In this document: piece by piece, positions 51,977 to 62,345 of the stretch
Position numbering within the stretch: the first letter of the stretch is position 1
How the letters are laid out: the number at the start of each line of letters is the position of its first letter
Assembly (NCBI GenBank): GCA_040275305.1
Contig: JBEOJY010000007.1
Span: 795 to 64,794 of the forward strand
Source: Bdellovibrionales bacterium
GTDB taxonomy: Bacteria > Pseudomonadota > Alphaproteobacteria > UBA9219
DNA: 64,000 nucleotides
Reading direction: 5' to 3'
Translations under genes and position numbers: made by a program
The notes under the pieces: model-generated
Seen by the model: only the letters and a program-made list of their open reading frames with translations
Database searches by the model: none
Told to the model about the DNA's origin: nothing

Positions 51977-52618
51977 TCAAACCAACTCAATCTCGACTGC
52001 TTCACGACCCTTGGAAGCAGACTGAACCTTCATTTTGACTCTTTGCCCCGAATCGATCTCCTGAAGGCCCGCTTGTATCAAAACGGAGCGGTGCACGAAC
52101 ACATCCCTCCCGCCATCGTCTGGCGTCGCAAAACCGAAACCTTTATTTGGCTTAAACCACTTGATAGTCCCCGTCAGCTCGACCATCGGCCCAGTCGGCG
52201 CAGGACGCCCGGATGAAGGCACAGCGACAATTCCTAAAACCTGTACGATATCGACCACCTGAGGCCCTTTGGCGCCCATCGCAACCTTAACCAACAGCTC
52301 TGTGCCTTCATGTAGTTCCTTAAGCCCCATCCGCGTCACGATAGAGGCATGAAGAAACGCATCCTGCCCGCCGTCTTCTTGCGCCACAAAACCAAACCCC
52401 TTGGCAAAATTAAACCATTTGACCACAGCCCGTTTTTGCAGCCCTTGATCGTCGTTAAACGAATTTGTGTCGAAAGTGGACAAGTCTAAACTCCCTATCG
52501 TTTGTTGCCCGCCATAGCTACAAGCCAAACAGATCAAACGGTCTCGCCCGTATGCTAACTCTCCATATATAAATAGGACAAGATCGGGTCTAATTTCAAG
52601 GATTCCATTTGTTAACAA
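51977..52618 (-). CDS. Cold-shock-domain protein with two tandem CSDs
   Basis: VKWFNFAKGFGFV... and IKWFKPNKGFGFA..., each carrying RNP1-like motifs. The true start is uncertain and the N-terminal 60 aa of the ORF are probably not translated. Confidence 0.7.
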   Translation of the reverse strand: MLTNGILEIRPDLVLFIYGELAYGRDRLICLACSYGGQQTIGSLDLSTFDTNSFNDDQGLQKRAVVKWFNFAKGFGFVAQEDGGQDAFLHASIVTRMGLKELHEGTELLVKVAMGAKGPQVVDIVQVLGIVAVPSSGRPAPTGPMVELTGTIKWFKPNKGFGFATPDDGGRDVFVHRSVLIQAGLQEIDSGQRVKMKVQSASKGREAVEIELV

Positions 52619-52679
52619 TCTAGACGATATAATTGACCGACCATCTCGTCCAAAGATTAGGCAAGAGGCCTACATCGCA

Positions 52680-53588
52680 ATGCGCGCAGCTCTATCGTTA
52701 GCCAAGCCCAATCAAACACGTAAGTATGCGCATGGATCAGCGTTATTAGCGCTATTGGCCATCGCTTGGAGCTTCCCAGCCGGAGCGACGGCGTCAGAGC
52801 AAAACGGCAAAGAAGAATTTGATCCCTTCTCGCGCTTATCTCAAAAAGATTGGGTAACGCCCGATAAATTCGAAAAAAGCCCCCCCCATCTCCCGGACAA
52901 AGAATCGCAAACGGCGGCACCCTCCCTCCCCTCTCCGCAACCGCCGGAAACCATCGATAAACAAAGCTCTTCTGACCCCGCATTTCAGCAGCCCTCCGAA
53001 CCGAATCGATCATCGGAACAATTTGGTCTGGAAGTAAGTTCCACAGCTGAGAATATAAAACTACCCATCCCCCTGCCCCCCGCAAACGCGAACGGACCCG
53101 TCAAGCGTTATGAGCCGGGATGGATAGAACCTGCCGCCATGGCGCGCCGACAAGCCTTCATCGAATCGGGCAAAGGTTGGTCCCCTTACCGCGCGACCCA
53201 GCAACCATCGCTGCGCCTCAGTTACTTGCCAGGAAGAATCCCCGCATTACTCCAACCAGAAAACAAAGCTCCCGCGAATTCGGCATCGGAAAACACAAGC
53301 CAAACAGGAAAAAACGCCAAGTCAGCAGCGGCGCAAACGCCTGCCACCACCAAAACCGACCCCCAGTCCCCCGACCTTGAAAGCTGGACAAAAGCTATTA
53401 AGGATTACAAAGCCAAACAAATGGAAGCGATCCAAAGCGATCGACAAACGCTGGAAGCCTTGCAAAACGCTATTAAGGACCTAGGGCTGCAAAAAGAACT
53501 AAACTTCGATTCATCCCTGCTGCTAAGCCCCGTGAAACAAGAAACGCCACCCCAAAATGCAAAGGATGGCGCTAAAAGCACTCAATAA
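52680..53588 (+). CDS. Hypothetical secreted Pro/Ser/Gln-rich protein
   Basis: Signal peptide (ALLALLAIAWSFPAGATA). Low-complexity Pro-rich body. No family recognised. Confidence 0.4.
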   Translation: MRAALSLAKPNQTRKYAHGSALLALLAIAWSFPAGATASEQNGKEEFDPFSRLSQKDWVTPDKFEKSPPHLPDKESQTAAPSLPSPQPPETIDKQSSSDPAFQQPSEPNRSSEQFGLEVSSTAENIKLPIPLPPANANGPVKRYEPGWIEPAAMARRQAFIESGKGWSPYRATQQPSLRLSYLPGRIPALLQPENKAPANSASENTSQTGKNAKSAAAQTPATTKTDPQSPDLESWTKAIKDYKAKQMEAIQSDRQTLEALQNAIKDLGLQKELNFDSSLLLSPVKQETPPQNAKDGAKSTQ

Positions 53589-53598
53589 CGAGAGAACG

Positions 53599-53901
53599 TC
53601 AGACTGTCTTGGTCGTATGCCCGCCTTTGCCTTCAGGCTGAAACCCATTTGCCGTCAGCCCATCCTGAAGATAGGCAACAACCGCGCGCGGAGGCGTTTG
53701 AGTTACAACCTCGCTGTTGCTGTTGAGATATTGCGTGACAACAAGTCCGGCCAGCGGATCATTCACGAACTGCACACTAGCCACAGGCTCGCTACGCGCT
53801 GCGCCATCCTTAGTAGCATTGCGAAGCTCTGTCGCGTTTGCCGCCACCGCCCGCGCATTTGATGCGCTCGACGCGCTCAGAATGTCGGAAACTTCGGTCA
53901 T
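53599..53901 (-). CDS. FlaG-like flagellar protein (tentative)
   Basis: The C-terminal pattern VQFVNDPLAGLVVTQYLNSNSEVVTQTPPRAVVAYLQ resembles the FlaG family motif (F..D...VV.VVD..T.EVIRQIPP). Confidence 0.4.
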   Translation of the reverse strand: MTEVSDILSASSASNARAVAANATELRNATKDGAARSEPVASVQFVNDPLAGLVVTQYLNSNSEVVTQTPPRAVVAYLQDGLTANGFQPEGKGGHTTKTV

Positions 53902-54251
53902 GGTATCATCCTCTCCCTCTATCCGTTAGTCCGCCTGTCAAACAACCATGCGCGCAATTTAACGGATACACCACACCCTATTATCACACCTATCTCCACG
54001 CTATACATTATATATGCGCAAACTTAATCAATGATTAACGACCAAATTCCCGACCACCAGCTCATTGGCTTGCGCAGCAAAGACTCTTGCCCCGCGTACG
54101 CCTTTCCTTAATCATACTCGTCTGGGCAGGCCCATTTTGCCCACCCAACCACATTCGATGCAAGAACGGGACCAAATCCATATGTATGAGGCAGAAAAAT
54201 TGTAACTGCCAAGTCCTATATAGGGACTACGAGAACGATCTTTGTGGAAAG

Positions 54252-54402
54252 GGCTGTCATTGCGAGGAGCCGCAGGCGACGCGGCAATCCAGAGTCTTCA
54301 AGCGCGCTGTTTCTTGTCGCTCTGGATCGCTTCCGCCGTCGTTGCTACGCAACTATGGCGGACAGGTCGCCCCCAAGGGGGGGGGCTCGCGATGACGGTC
54401 CT
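54252..54402. repeat. Family-A MITE, near-identical in composite structure to 21427-21598
   Basis: gggctgtcattgcgaggagccgcaggcgacgcggcaatccagag ... ctggatcgcttccgccgtcgttgctacgcaactatggcgg...ctcgcgatgacggtcc. Confidence 0.7.
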
Positions 54403-54537
54403 TCTTGCGGCTGTTGTCCCTATTCCTTCTGAGAATAGCTTGGAAGTTACAGAAAAATTGTAACTCCAAGCGCTTCTTTTGGCTAATCGTAACTGCCAAG
54501 CTGTCATTTTGGCCTAAGCAGACGAACCTTCACACAA

Positions 54538-54662
54538 GGGCTGTCATTGCGAGGAGATTCCCGCCGCAGGCGGGGAACGACGCGGCAATCCAGAGCCACG
54601 GAGGGCAGCAATTGACGACTCTGGATCACCACGTCGCCTGCGGCTCCTCGCAATGACGGCCT
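54538..54662. repeat. Family-A MITE
   Basis: gggctgtcattgcgaggag ... ctcctcgcaatgacggcc. Confidence 0.7.
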
Positions 54663-54755
54663 CTTCAGCAAGGTTAGGCTTAATAAGTCTCAAGGCAGCG
54701 CTTAGAAGTTACGCCCAATCAAGACAACCATCCCACCCCATAAAGGGCTTGGCAA

Positions 54756-55349
54756 TTACGAAAGGTTTTGAGCCGCAAATTCCCAGTTGACCAGATAATC
54801 AAGGAAAGCCTGAACCATGTCGGCCCTACGGTTTTGATAATCTAGGTAATAAGCGTGCTCCCACACGTCGCAGGTCAACAGCGCCTTCCCACCCGACGCA
54901 AGCGGCGTCATCGCATTTGGCGTCTTAACGATCTCCAACTTGCCCCCGTTGAGAACGAGCCAAACCCAGCCCGAACCAAACTGCCCCAGAGCGGCCTCCT
55001 TAAATTTGGCCTTAAACCCGTCAAGCGAGCCAAAAGCCTCGTCAATCTTTTGAGCAAGCACCCCGCTCGGCTTTCCGCCGCCCTGCGGCTTCATGCTGTT
55101 CCAGAAAAACGTATGATTCCAAACCTGCGCTGCATTGTTAAAAACCTTGACGTTCTGCTCATCGCCGGAAGTCTTTTTAATGATAGTCTCAAGACTTTCC
55201 TTTTCCAAAGCCGTCCCTGCAACAAGCGCATTCAATGTATCGACATACGCCTTGTGATGCTTGCCATGATGGAACTCAAAAGTACGCGCCGACATATGAG
55301 GCTCTAAAGCTTTGGCATCGAACGGAAGGGCGGAAAGTTCAAACGGCAT
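54756..55349 (-). CDS. sodB: Superoxide dismutase (Fe/Mn family)
   Basis: Metal ligands and signature DVWEHAYY. Start at MPFELSALPF. Confidence 0.9.
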   Translation of the reverse strand: MPFELSALPFDAKALEPHMSARTFEFHHGKHHKAYVDTLNALVAGTALEKESLETIIKKTSGDEQNVKVFNNAAQVWNHTFFWNSMKPQGGGKPSGVLAQKIDEAFGSLDGFKAKFKEAALGQFGSGWVWLVLNGGKLEIVKTPNAMTPLASGGKALLTCDVWEHAYYLDYQNRRADMVQAFLDYLVNWEFAAQNLS

Positions 55350-55475
55350 GACAACCTCAAAAATTGCAATCAGGAAAAAACAGTTTGCTCTCGACACTCT
55401 CGCAAAACATAAACCATTTCACGCAGCGTCTCAAGAAGATTAGAAGACAAAACAAGTACGGTATCAATCGAAACC

Positions 55476-55973
55476 CTACTGACCGCCGCCGCTTGAGGTA
55501 GCCTTGGGCGTAGCATCGACCCACCCACTGACGCCTTGCTGCCAATAGCTAAGCGCGTAGACCTCGCCGTCAGTTCCGGCCTTGGCAACGTAATCGCGCC
55601 ATCGACGCCGCGCTTCGGTCACGGCGCCTTCGTCATTACCGTCGAAAAGTTCGCAAACTCTCTGGTAACCCTGCGCTTCGGCGCAAGACGCGCCATCGAT
55701 CAAAAACAAAACCTCCGCGCGATTTGGTCGTTCGTCGCGCTCCGTCAACCAAATCGGCTGCATCTCGGCATAGCCGTCCTTGGCGTTGCCATGCGCAAGG
55801 AAACCATTGGGGCTATAACTCCACAGCATCTGCGTCAGCGCCTCGACCCGCTCCGCAGATCCCGCCATCACCACGGCGCGCCAGCCGCGTTCCACCGTTT
55901 TCTCCAGCATTTCCGGCAAAGCCTGTTCAAGCGTCTTGCGCGTCAAATGGTAAAAGCGAACCTCCGTGGTCAT
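55476..55973 (-). CDS. holC: DNA polymerase III chi subunit
   Basis: N-terminus VRFYHLTRKTLEQALPEML... Its stop overlaps the pepA gene, as in the canonical pepA-holC pair. Confidence 0.7.
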   Translation of the reverse strand: MTTEVRFYHLTRKTLEQALPEMLEKTVERGWRAVVMAGSAERVEALTQMLWSYSPNGFLAHGNAKDGYAEMQPIWLTERDERPNRAEVLFLIDGASCAEAQGYQRVCELFDGNDEGAVTEARRRWRDYVAKAGTDGEVYALSYWQQGVSGWVDATPKATSSGGGQ

Positions 55974-57481
55974 CGCGCCTCGAAGGACTGGGCGACAAAT
56001 TTATCAAGCAACCTCACGCCATAGGCCGTAGCGCCCTTGCGGCACATAGGCTTATCCTTGTCTGTCCACGCCATGCCTGCGATATCGAGATGCGCCCAGA
56101 CCGTGCCTTTCTGAATAAATCTTTGAAGAAATTGCGCCGCGCTGATGCTTCCCGCCTCGCCGCGCGCGCCGATATTCTTCATGTCCGCGATTGGGGAATC
56201 GATGTGCTTGTCATAGGCGTCGCCCATCGGGAATCGCCATAATGGCTCGTCCACCGCCTTGCCTGCCGCCGTGAGCTTGTCGCACAAAAGGTCATCGTTG
56301 CTGAACAAGCCGCCATATTCGCGACCCAACGCGATGATGATAGCGCCCGTGAGCGTCGCGAGATTGACGACCGCGCTTGGCTTAAAAGTCTCCTGCGCGT
56401 ACCACAAAGCGTCCGCCAGCACCAGCCTGCCTTCGGCATCCGTGTTGATAACCTCGACCGTCTGGCCCGACATCGTCGTGACGACATCGCCCGGACGCTG
56501 CGCCATGCCGTCTGGCATGTTCTCAACCAACCCCACAATGCCAACCACATTCGCCTTGGCTTTACGTCCTGCCAGCGCCTTGATCGCGCCGATGACAGCC
56601 CCTGCGCCCGCCATGTCGTATTTCATGCGCTCCATCCCCTCGCCGGGCTTGAGCGAAATGCCACCTGTGTCGAATGTGACCCCCTTGCCGACCAACGCCA
56701 AGGGCTTTTGATCCTTCGCGCTAGGATTGCCCTGCCACTGCATAACGACAAGCCGAGAAGGATGACAGCTTCCCTGCCCGACCCCCAGCAACGCGCCCAT
56801 GCCAAGCTTCTTCATCTGCTTGTCGTCCAGAACCTCCACCTTGACCCCAAGCGGCTCCAACTCCGCGACGCAGCGCTTCGCCATGACTTCCGGCGTCAAG
56901 ATATTGGCAGGCTCCGACACCAGATTGCGCGTCAGATAAACGCCATCCACGACTTTCTCAAGCTTGCCAAACAAAGTCTTCGCCTTGCCCGCCTCGTCCG
57001 TCGCAATGGCAAAGCTCTTCAACTGGTCCTTCTGCTCAGGTTTCAGCTTGGTCTTGTAATGATCGAAACGATGCGCGCGCAGCTTCGCCCCGAACGCAAA
57101 ATGCGCCGCCGCGTCCTCGGCTGACAAATCAATTCCCTTATGCGAGTCCACGCAAGCCACGGCTTCGGTCTCCATTGTGCCGCCCATTGCCGCAAGCGCC
57201 GCCGCGCCCGCCTTCTGGAAAACGACATCATTCGCCTTGTCCGCTGCTCCCAGCCCAACCAAAACGATACGCGAAAATTCTAACCCTGCCGCCGCAGGCA
57301 TGTTTAAGGACTGCCCGGACCCGCCTGTGAAAGCCTGCGCCTCCATGGCGCGAACCAGCGCCCCTTTCAACTTGCGGTCCAGCTTGGTTCCCTGCTCGCC
57401 AAGTTGCCTTTTGTCCGCTACGGTAAGAATCAAGGCGCCGTCTTCAGGCATTGCAAACGAGCAAAATGAAATTTTTGGCAT
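55970..57481 (-). CDS. pepA: Leucyl aminopeptidase (M17)
   Basis: M17 signature NTDAEGRL and metal-binding residues. 503 aa. Confidence 0.9.
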   Translation of the reverse strand: MPKISFCSFAMPEDGALILTVADKRQLGEQGTKLDRKLKGALVRAMEAQAFTGGSGQSLNMPAAAGLEFSRIVLVGLGAADKANDVVFQKAGAAALAAMGGTMETEAVACVDSHKGIDLSAEDAAAHFAFGAKLRAHRFDHYKTKLKPEQKDQLKSFAIATDEAGKAKTLFGKLEKVVDGVYLTRNLVSEPANILTPEVMAKRCVAELEPLGVKVEVLDDKQMKKLGMGALLGVGQGSCHPSRLVVMQWQGNPSAKDQKPLALVGKGVTFDTGGISLKPGEGMERMKYDMAGAGAVIGAIKALAGRKAKANVVGIVGLVENMPDGMAQRPGDVVTTMSGQTVEVINTDAEGRLVLADALWYAQETFKPSAVVNLATLTGAIIIALGREYGGLFSNDDLLCDKLTAAGKAVDEPLWRFPMGDAYDKHIDSPIADMKNIGARGEAGSISAAQFLQRFIQKGTVWAHLDIAGMAWTDKDKPMCRKGATAYGVRLLDKFVAQSFEAR

Positions 57482-57623
57482 CGGACGGAATCCTTCCAGA
57501 TCAAGTGAAAAACAAACGCTTCCCTGATTTCATAGCAAATAGACGGCCCAGAGCAAATGCCTTCCGCCAATCTGGCCAATTGACCCCATGGAAATGCCAC
57601 GCTTCTTGCGCTAAGTAACTATC

Positions 57624-58766
57624 ATGGATCGTTTGACGACCTACCTCTTTCGGCAATTAATGCTGACGCTGGTCTTTACGGCTGGCGCCGTAAGCTTTGT
57701 TGTGCTGTTCACGCAACTGTTCCGCCTTCTGTCTCTGGTCATCGACAATTCCGGCACCGCGCTCGTGTTCGTGGAGCTTATGGCCTTGTCGATCCCGACA
57801 TTCCTGCCGCTGATACTGCCGCTAGCCATGGGCATCTCCACGCTGTTCGCCTACCATAAACTCTCAAACGATAGCGAACTGATCGTCATGCACGCCGCAG
57901 GCATCAGTCCCCTGCAACAAGCCAAACCAGCGATCATCATCGGAACAGTGATGCTTGTCGCATGCTATGTCTTGACGCTCAGCCTAACGCCCGCCGCGAA
58001 CCGCGAACTTGTGCGTCTGCAATACAAAGTGCGAGACAGCTACGCCGCCCTGCTCTCGCGTCCCGGCAACTTCAACGACCTGTCCGACGGCCTGACATTT
58101 TACGCGCAAAAGCGCGGAGCCGGAGGCGTGTTGGAAGGCATCCTGATTCACGACACGCGTGACCCGGAAACGCCCGTGACCATCATGGCGGACTCCGGAA
58201 AGATCATTGATAATTCAAGTCAGCCGCAAATCGCGATCTTCAACGGACGTCGACAGGAGCTTGACCGAGCGACCGGCAAGCTCGCTGAATTTTCGTTCGG
58301 ACAATACATGCTGGACCTCAACATGCTGCGCAGCATGCCGGGACATCGGCTTCCTGACCCGCGCGAGCAAACGATTGCCGAACTCATGTCGCCGACGCAA
58401 GATATGCTGAAACGCCGAGCCAGCTATAAACAGCTAGGCGCCGAACTTCATCAAAGGCTTGCCTCGCCCATGCTGGCATTGTCTTTCACGTTGATAAGTC
58501 TCTGCGCGATCTATGTCGGAACCTTCAACCGCCGTGGCCTTGCGTTGCGAATTGTCTTGGCCGCGCTGGCCATAGTCGTTGTGCAGGCCGCGTTCATGGC
58601 GCTTAACAGTCTGGTTCCACGCATACAAGAACTGGCGATTCTGCTCTACGCCGCCGCGCTCTTGCCCATTCCCGTATGCCTTCTGCTCTTGAAAGGCGAA
58701 AAGAACGGAGCTGTTCCCCCGATTCATCGGCAAAACCCCCTGCCGAAAGCAGGAGCGGCGACATGA
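57624..58766 (+). CDS. lptF: LPS export ABC permease LptF
   Basis: YjgP/YjgQ family. Divergent from pepA-holC, as in many proteobacteria. Confidence 0.8.
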   Translation: MDRLTTYLFRQLMLTLVFTAGAVSFVVLFTQLFRLLSLVIDNSGTALVFVELMALSIPTFLPLILPLAMGISTLFAYHKLSNDSELIVMHAAGISPLQQAKPAIIIGTVMLVACYVLTLSLTPAANRELVRLQYKVRDSYAALLSRPGNFNDLSDGLTFYAQKRGAGGVLEGILIHDTRDPETPVTIMADSGKIIDNSSQPQIAIFNGRRQELDRATGKLAEFSFGQYMLDLNMLRSMPGHRLPDPREQTIAELMSPTQDMLKRRASYKQLGAELHQRLASPMLALSFTLISLCAIYVGTFNRRGLALRIVLAALAIVVVQAAFMALNSLVPRIQELAILLYAAALLPIPVCLLLLKGEKNGAVPPIHRQNPLPKAGAAT

Positions 58767-59854
58767 TCCTAGTCGGCACGCTGACCCGCTACTGGGGACG
58801 CCATTACGCGCTTTGGTTCCTGTCCTTTCTGGCGGGATTGTCAGGGATCGTCTACCTCTTTGAAGTCGCGGAGTTGCTGCGCCGCGCGGCCAACCGCCCC
58901 GAAGCGGGCCTCGGCCTTATCCTGCGTATGGGCCTCTACAAACTACCGGAAACGATCGAACATATCCTGCCTTTCGTCGTTCTGTTTTCCGGCATGTTCG
59001 TCTTTTGGCGCCTGACGCGCAGCAACGAACTGGCGGTCGCGCGAGCCGCAGGTATTTCCGCATGGCAATTCCTCGCCCCGGCCTTAGGAGTGACCTTCCT
59101 CTTCAGCTTCCTGAACACGACGATTGTCAACCCGCTAGGAGCCAGCTTCAACGAACGCTACCAGCAACTAGACTCCCATTACCTCCAACGCGCGCCGACC
59201 CTTGAACTGACCGGAGCGGGTCTGTGGCTCCGCCAACAAGACGACTCGCGCCGATATCTCCTCCACGCCGACCATGTGCGGCTGGATCCGCTCGTGCTGG
59301 CTCCCTTAATGGCCTTTGTCTACGACAAACAGGATCGCTACCTCGGACGCATGGACGCGCCGCGCGCGACGCTCCAGAACGGCGAGTGGAAAATTGAGGA
59401 TGTCTGGTTCAACTGGGACCAACAAGACCCGCAGCATCAGGATATCTTCTACCTGCCGACCAGCCTCACCTTCGGCAAGATACAAGAAAGCATGTCGCCG
59501 CCGAACACCATCTCGTTCTGGAATCTGCCGAACTTCATCCGCGCGTTGAAAGCCATCGGCCTCCCCGCCACGCGCCACGAATTGCATTTTCAGGAACTGC
59601 TGGCCCGCCCCATCCTGCTTTGCGCCATGGTGTTCTTCGCCGCCGCCTTCTCGCTGCGCCTCAGCCGCTGGGGCGGCATGGCAAGCATGGCCGCCGCCGG
59701 GCTAGCGGTCGGCAGCAGCGTCTTTACGCTCAACAACGTCGTCACCGCGCTAGGAGCCAACCAAACCCTCCCGGTCCCGCTCGCCGCCTGGGCCATTCCC
59801 ATCGCCATGCTCGCGCTCGGCAACGCCGCGCTGCTGTATATGGAGGATGGATGA
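58763..59854 (+). CDS. lptG: LPS export ABC permease LptG
   Basis: YjgP/YjgQ family paralog. Start codon overlaps the lptF stop (ATGA). Confidence 0.8.
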   Translation: MILVGTLTRYWGRHYALWFLSFLAGLSGIVYLFEVAELLRRAANRPEAGLGLILRMGLYKLPETIEHILPFVVLFSGMFVFWRLTRSNELAVARAAGISAWQFLAPALGVTFLFSFLNTTIVNPLGASFNERYQQLDSHYLQRAPTLELTGAGLWLRQQDDSRRYLLHADHVRLDPLVLAPLMAFVYDKQDRYLGRMDAPRATLQNGEWKIEDVWFNWDQQDPQHQDIFYLPTSLTFGKIQESMSPPNTISFWNLPNFIRALKAIGLPATRHELHFQELLARPILLCAMVFFAAAFSLRLSRWGGMASMAAAGLAVGSSVFTLNNVVTALGANQTLPVPLAAWAIPIAMLALGNAALLYMEDG

Positions 59855-59869
59855 TCATGCCAATTCAGC

Positions 59870-60210
59870 CATACCACCCTACACACTAACACATTGTTTG
59901 ATAACAAAACTTATCTTGGCCGTCCGCGTCATTCCGGCGCAAGCCGGAATCCAGCAGCGCCGCAACACATTGTTTGATAACAAAACTTATCTTGGCCGTC
60001 CGCGTCATTCCGGCGAAAGCCGGAATCCAGCCGCGCCGCGTCTGCGGCGCGAAAGACTCTCAATCGCGCTCACAATCGCAGGCCGTGAATTCGTTCTTTT
60101 CCTCCAACTGCCGCTCGCAAGCTGGCTTCCGGCTTTCGCCGGAATGACGCTGGCGGTCATAACGAATCTAGTTCTGAAGCCATGCGTTAAGGTGTAGGGT
60201 AGTGTACAAT
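59870..60210. repeat. Composite MITE with a tandemly duplicated 77-bp left half (59891-59967 and 59968-60045) of the gtcattccggcgaaagccggaatccag family, and an outer right terminal repeat gtgtagggtag
   Basis: Direct tandem repeat cacattgtttgataacaaaacttatcttggccgtccgcgtcattccggcg(c/a)aagccggaatccag, then the matching right arm ggctttcgccggaatgac at about 60130. Confidence 0.65.
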
Positions 60211-60281
60211 TCAGCCATATTTTAAGCGCAAATCCTGTATATGATAGGACTTACGCGAAATGGAGAAGAAACAAAATGGGA

Positions 60282-60365
60282 CACCCGCCTTCGCGGGTGT
60301 GACAGCGGGGTTTATGGACGGTTTGAGCCGAAATTCCGTCATGCCCGCGAAGGCGGGCATCCCAT
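60282..60365. repeat. Family-F palindromic element (cacccgccttcgcgggtgtgac ... gtcatgcccgcgaaggcgggcat)
   Basis: Inverted arms can be read directly. Confidence 0.6.
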
Positions 60366-60388
60366 TTTTCTTTCTCGCGTAAGTCCTA

Positions 60389-61114
60389 ATGAAAACAAAA
60401 ACACAACCTAGAACGGAGTGTGCCGTGTCGCCTTCCTCCCTTCGCCTGATCCTTCTCTGCTTGCCCCTCCTGTCCCTGCTTACCGCGCCACAGGCGCAGG
60501 CCGAACCCTCCGCACCAATCGAGCCTCCCGCCCGCTCCGCCGCCACAACTCCGGCCAAACTCACCCCCACCGACCAAGCCGATATCGCGCGTGTAGAAAC
60601 CTATCTAAACAACCTCAAAAGCATCGCCGCCGATTTCATGCAGATCGACGATGCCGGAGGAGTCATGCGCGGCAAGATATCCATCCAGCGCCCCGGGAAA
60701 ATGCGCGTCGTCTATGAAGCGCCCAACAAGGACTTCATCGTCGCCGACGGCGGCATGGTCCATATCTGGAACGACGATTTGAAATCGCAAACCAACGTGG
60801 ATCAAAGCGGAAGTCTCGCCGAATTTATCCTGCGCGATCCCATCAAACTAGAAGGCGAAGTGACCGTCACGAAATTCCAGCGCTATCCCGCCAAGCTGGA
60901 ACTGACTCTGGTGCAAGCCAACGACCCCGCCGCAGGGCAACTGACCCTGATCTTCGAAGACAAGCCGTTGCAGCTGCGCCAATGGCGCGTGCTCGATCCA
61001 CAAGGCAGCATGACAGGCGTAAATCTTGAAAACGCGCGGGAGGGAGTTTCCTTCCCGCCCGGAACCTTCTCCTTCATGCCGCCCAACTTCGGCAAAGGCG
61101 GCAAAGCGCAGTGA
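60389..61114 (+). CDS. lolA: Outer-membrane lipoprotein carrier protein LolA-like
   Basis: Signal peptide followed by a LolA-fold pattern (ADFMQ...KISIQRPGKMRVVYEAPNKDFIVADG). Confidence 0.65.
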   Translation: MKTKTQPRTECAVSPSSLRLILLCLPLLSLLTAPQAQAEPSAPIEPPARSAATTPAKLTPTDQADIARVETYLNNLKSIAADFMQIDDAGGVMRGKISIQRPGKMRVVYEAPNKDFIVADGGMVHIWNDDLKSQTNVDQSGSLAEFILRDPIKLEGEVTVTKFQRYPAKLELTLVQANDPAAGQLTLIFEDKPLQLRQWRVLDPQGSMTGVNLENAREGVSFPPGTFSFMPPNFGKGGKAQ

Positions 61115-61232
61115 CCGTGAAGGAAACCCCGCGAAGAAAGCGAAGCCTAGTCCCCTCCCCCTTGCGGGGAGGGATAGGGTGGGGGACAAGCCAAAACCCA
61201 GAATAAGGGAGTCGCAAAAGAGTCATGGACCA

Positions 61233-61459
61233 TGCTACCCTACAGATGGATGCATTGATATTGCAGGAAGAAATAAGCAGCAAGCGTCATGCCCGCGAAG
61301 GCGGGCACCCATCTCCCGACGTTGAAACAAGGCAAAAACATGCAAGTCAAGCGCTCGTATCTGCGACAGGAGGTGGGCACCCGCCTTCGCGGGTGTGACG
61401 CATGTGGCAGGAACTAATCTTGTTCTGAAACAATGCGTTAAAGTGTAGGGCAGCATGGT
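61233..61459. repeat. Nested MITE: outer terminal repeats ccatgctaccctacag / gtgtagggcagcatgg enclosing a family-F palindrome
   Basis: Same architecture as 2419-2727, with a different inner family. A GC hairpin ccctcccccttgcggggaggg precedes it at 61150-61175. Confidence 0.6.
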
Positions 61460-61471
61460 CATGGACTACAC

Positions 61472-62275
61472 ATGAAAATCGCGACATGGAACATTAACTC
61501 CGTGCGTCTGCGCATCGGCTTGGTCGAACGCTTGCTGGACGAGGAAAAGCTCGACGTCTTGTGTCTTCAGGAAACCAAGACCCCGGACGAGTTCTTCCCG
61601 CGCGAAGCCTTTGCCGCCAAAGGCTACGTCCACCAACACATACACGGCATGAAAAGCTATAACGGCGTCGCCGTCGTCTCGCGCGTTCCATTCGAAAATC
61701 CCGGCAAGCTCTCATGGCAAGGCCGCGAGGATTGCCGCCATATCAGCGTCACGTTACCGGGCGATGTCGAATTGCACTGCTGCTACGTCCCCGCCGGAGG
61801 CGACATCCCGGACCCCGACGCAAACGCGAAATTCGCGCATAAACTAGGTTTTCTCGACGAGCAAATCGCATGGTGGAAAAAAACGAAGCAGCAGGATAAC
61901 GCGCAACCACGCCGCAAAATCCTTGTAGGCGATCTCAACATTGCGCCGCTTGAAAACGATGTCTGGTCGCACCGCCAAATGCTGGGCGTCGTGTCGCACA
62001 CGCCCATCGAGGTAGAAAAGCTCGCCGACTGGCAAAAATCCTATGACTGGCAAGACGCCCTCCGCGCCTTCGTGCCGGCGGAACAAAAGCTCTATTCGTG
62101 GTGGAGCTACCGCGCGAAGGACTGGCAAGCCTCGAACCGGGGCCGCCGCCTCGACCATGTCTGGGTCACCCCCGACCTCAAGCCGCGCCTCCGCAGCGCC
62201 AGCATCTTACGCGACGCGCGCGGCTGGTCCCCGCAACCCAGCGACCACGTTCCGGTCATAGTGGAAATATCATAG
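61472..62275 (+). CDS. xthA: Exodeoxyribonuclease III
   Basis: EEP-family motifs (WNINS, LCLQETK, SDHVPV). 267 aa. Confidence 0.9.
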   Translation: MKIATWNINSVRLRIGLVERLLDEEKLDVLCLQETKTPDEFFPREAFAAKGYVHQHIHGMKSYNGVAVVSRVPFENPGKLSWQGREDCRHISVTLPGDVELHCCYVPAGGDIPDPDANAKFAHKLGFLDEQIAWWKKTKQQDNAQPRRKILVGDLNIAPLENDVWSHRQMLGVVSHTPIEVEKLADWQKSYDWQDALRAFVPAEQKLYSWWSYRAKDWQASNRGRRLDHVWVTPDLKPRLRSASILRDARGWSPQPSDHVPVIVEIS

Positions 62276-62313
62276 AGAGAAAAATATTTTTTTGAAACAT
62301 CCCACATTTTCCC

Positions 62314-62345
62314 TTGACGTGATGATTCCCATGCGATAGAGTGAT
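62314..62345 (+). promoter_or_regulatory. Sigma70-like promoter with TCCCA(C/T) direct repeats, driving noncoding locus 2
   Basis: TTGACG, a 15-16 nt spacer, then GATAGA. ATTCCCAT and GATCCCAC boxes lie 20 nt apart, and another ATCCCAC sits upstream. The arrangement is collinear with 1902-1940. Confidence 0.3.

Noticed and set aside
51977-52618. Using the full 213-aa ORF as the cold-shock protein
   Set aside because: The first 60 residues have no CSD features and no Met precedes the first CSD. The true start is probably an alternative start codon further downstream, so only the two-CSD portion is claimed.
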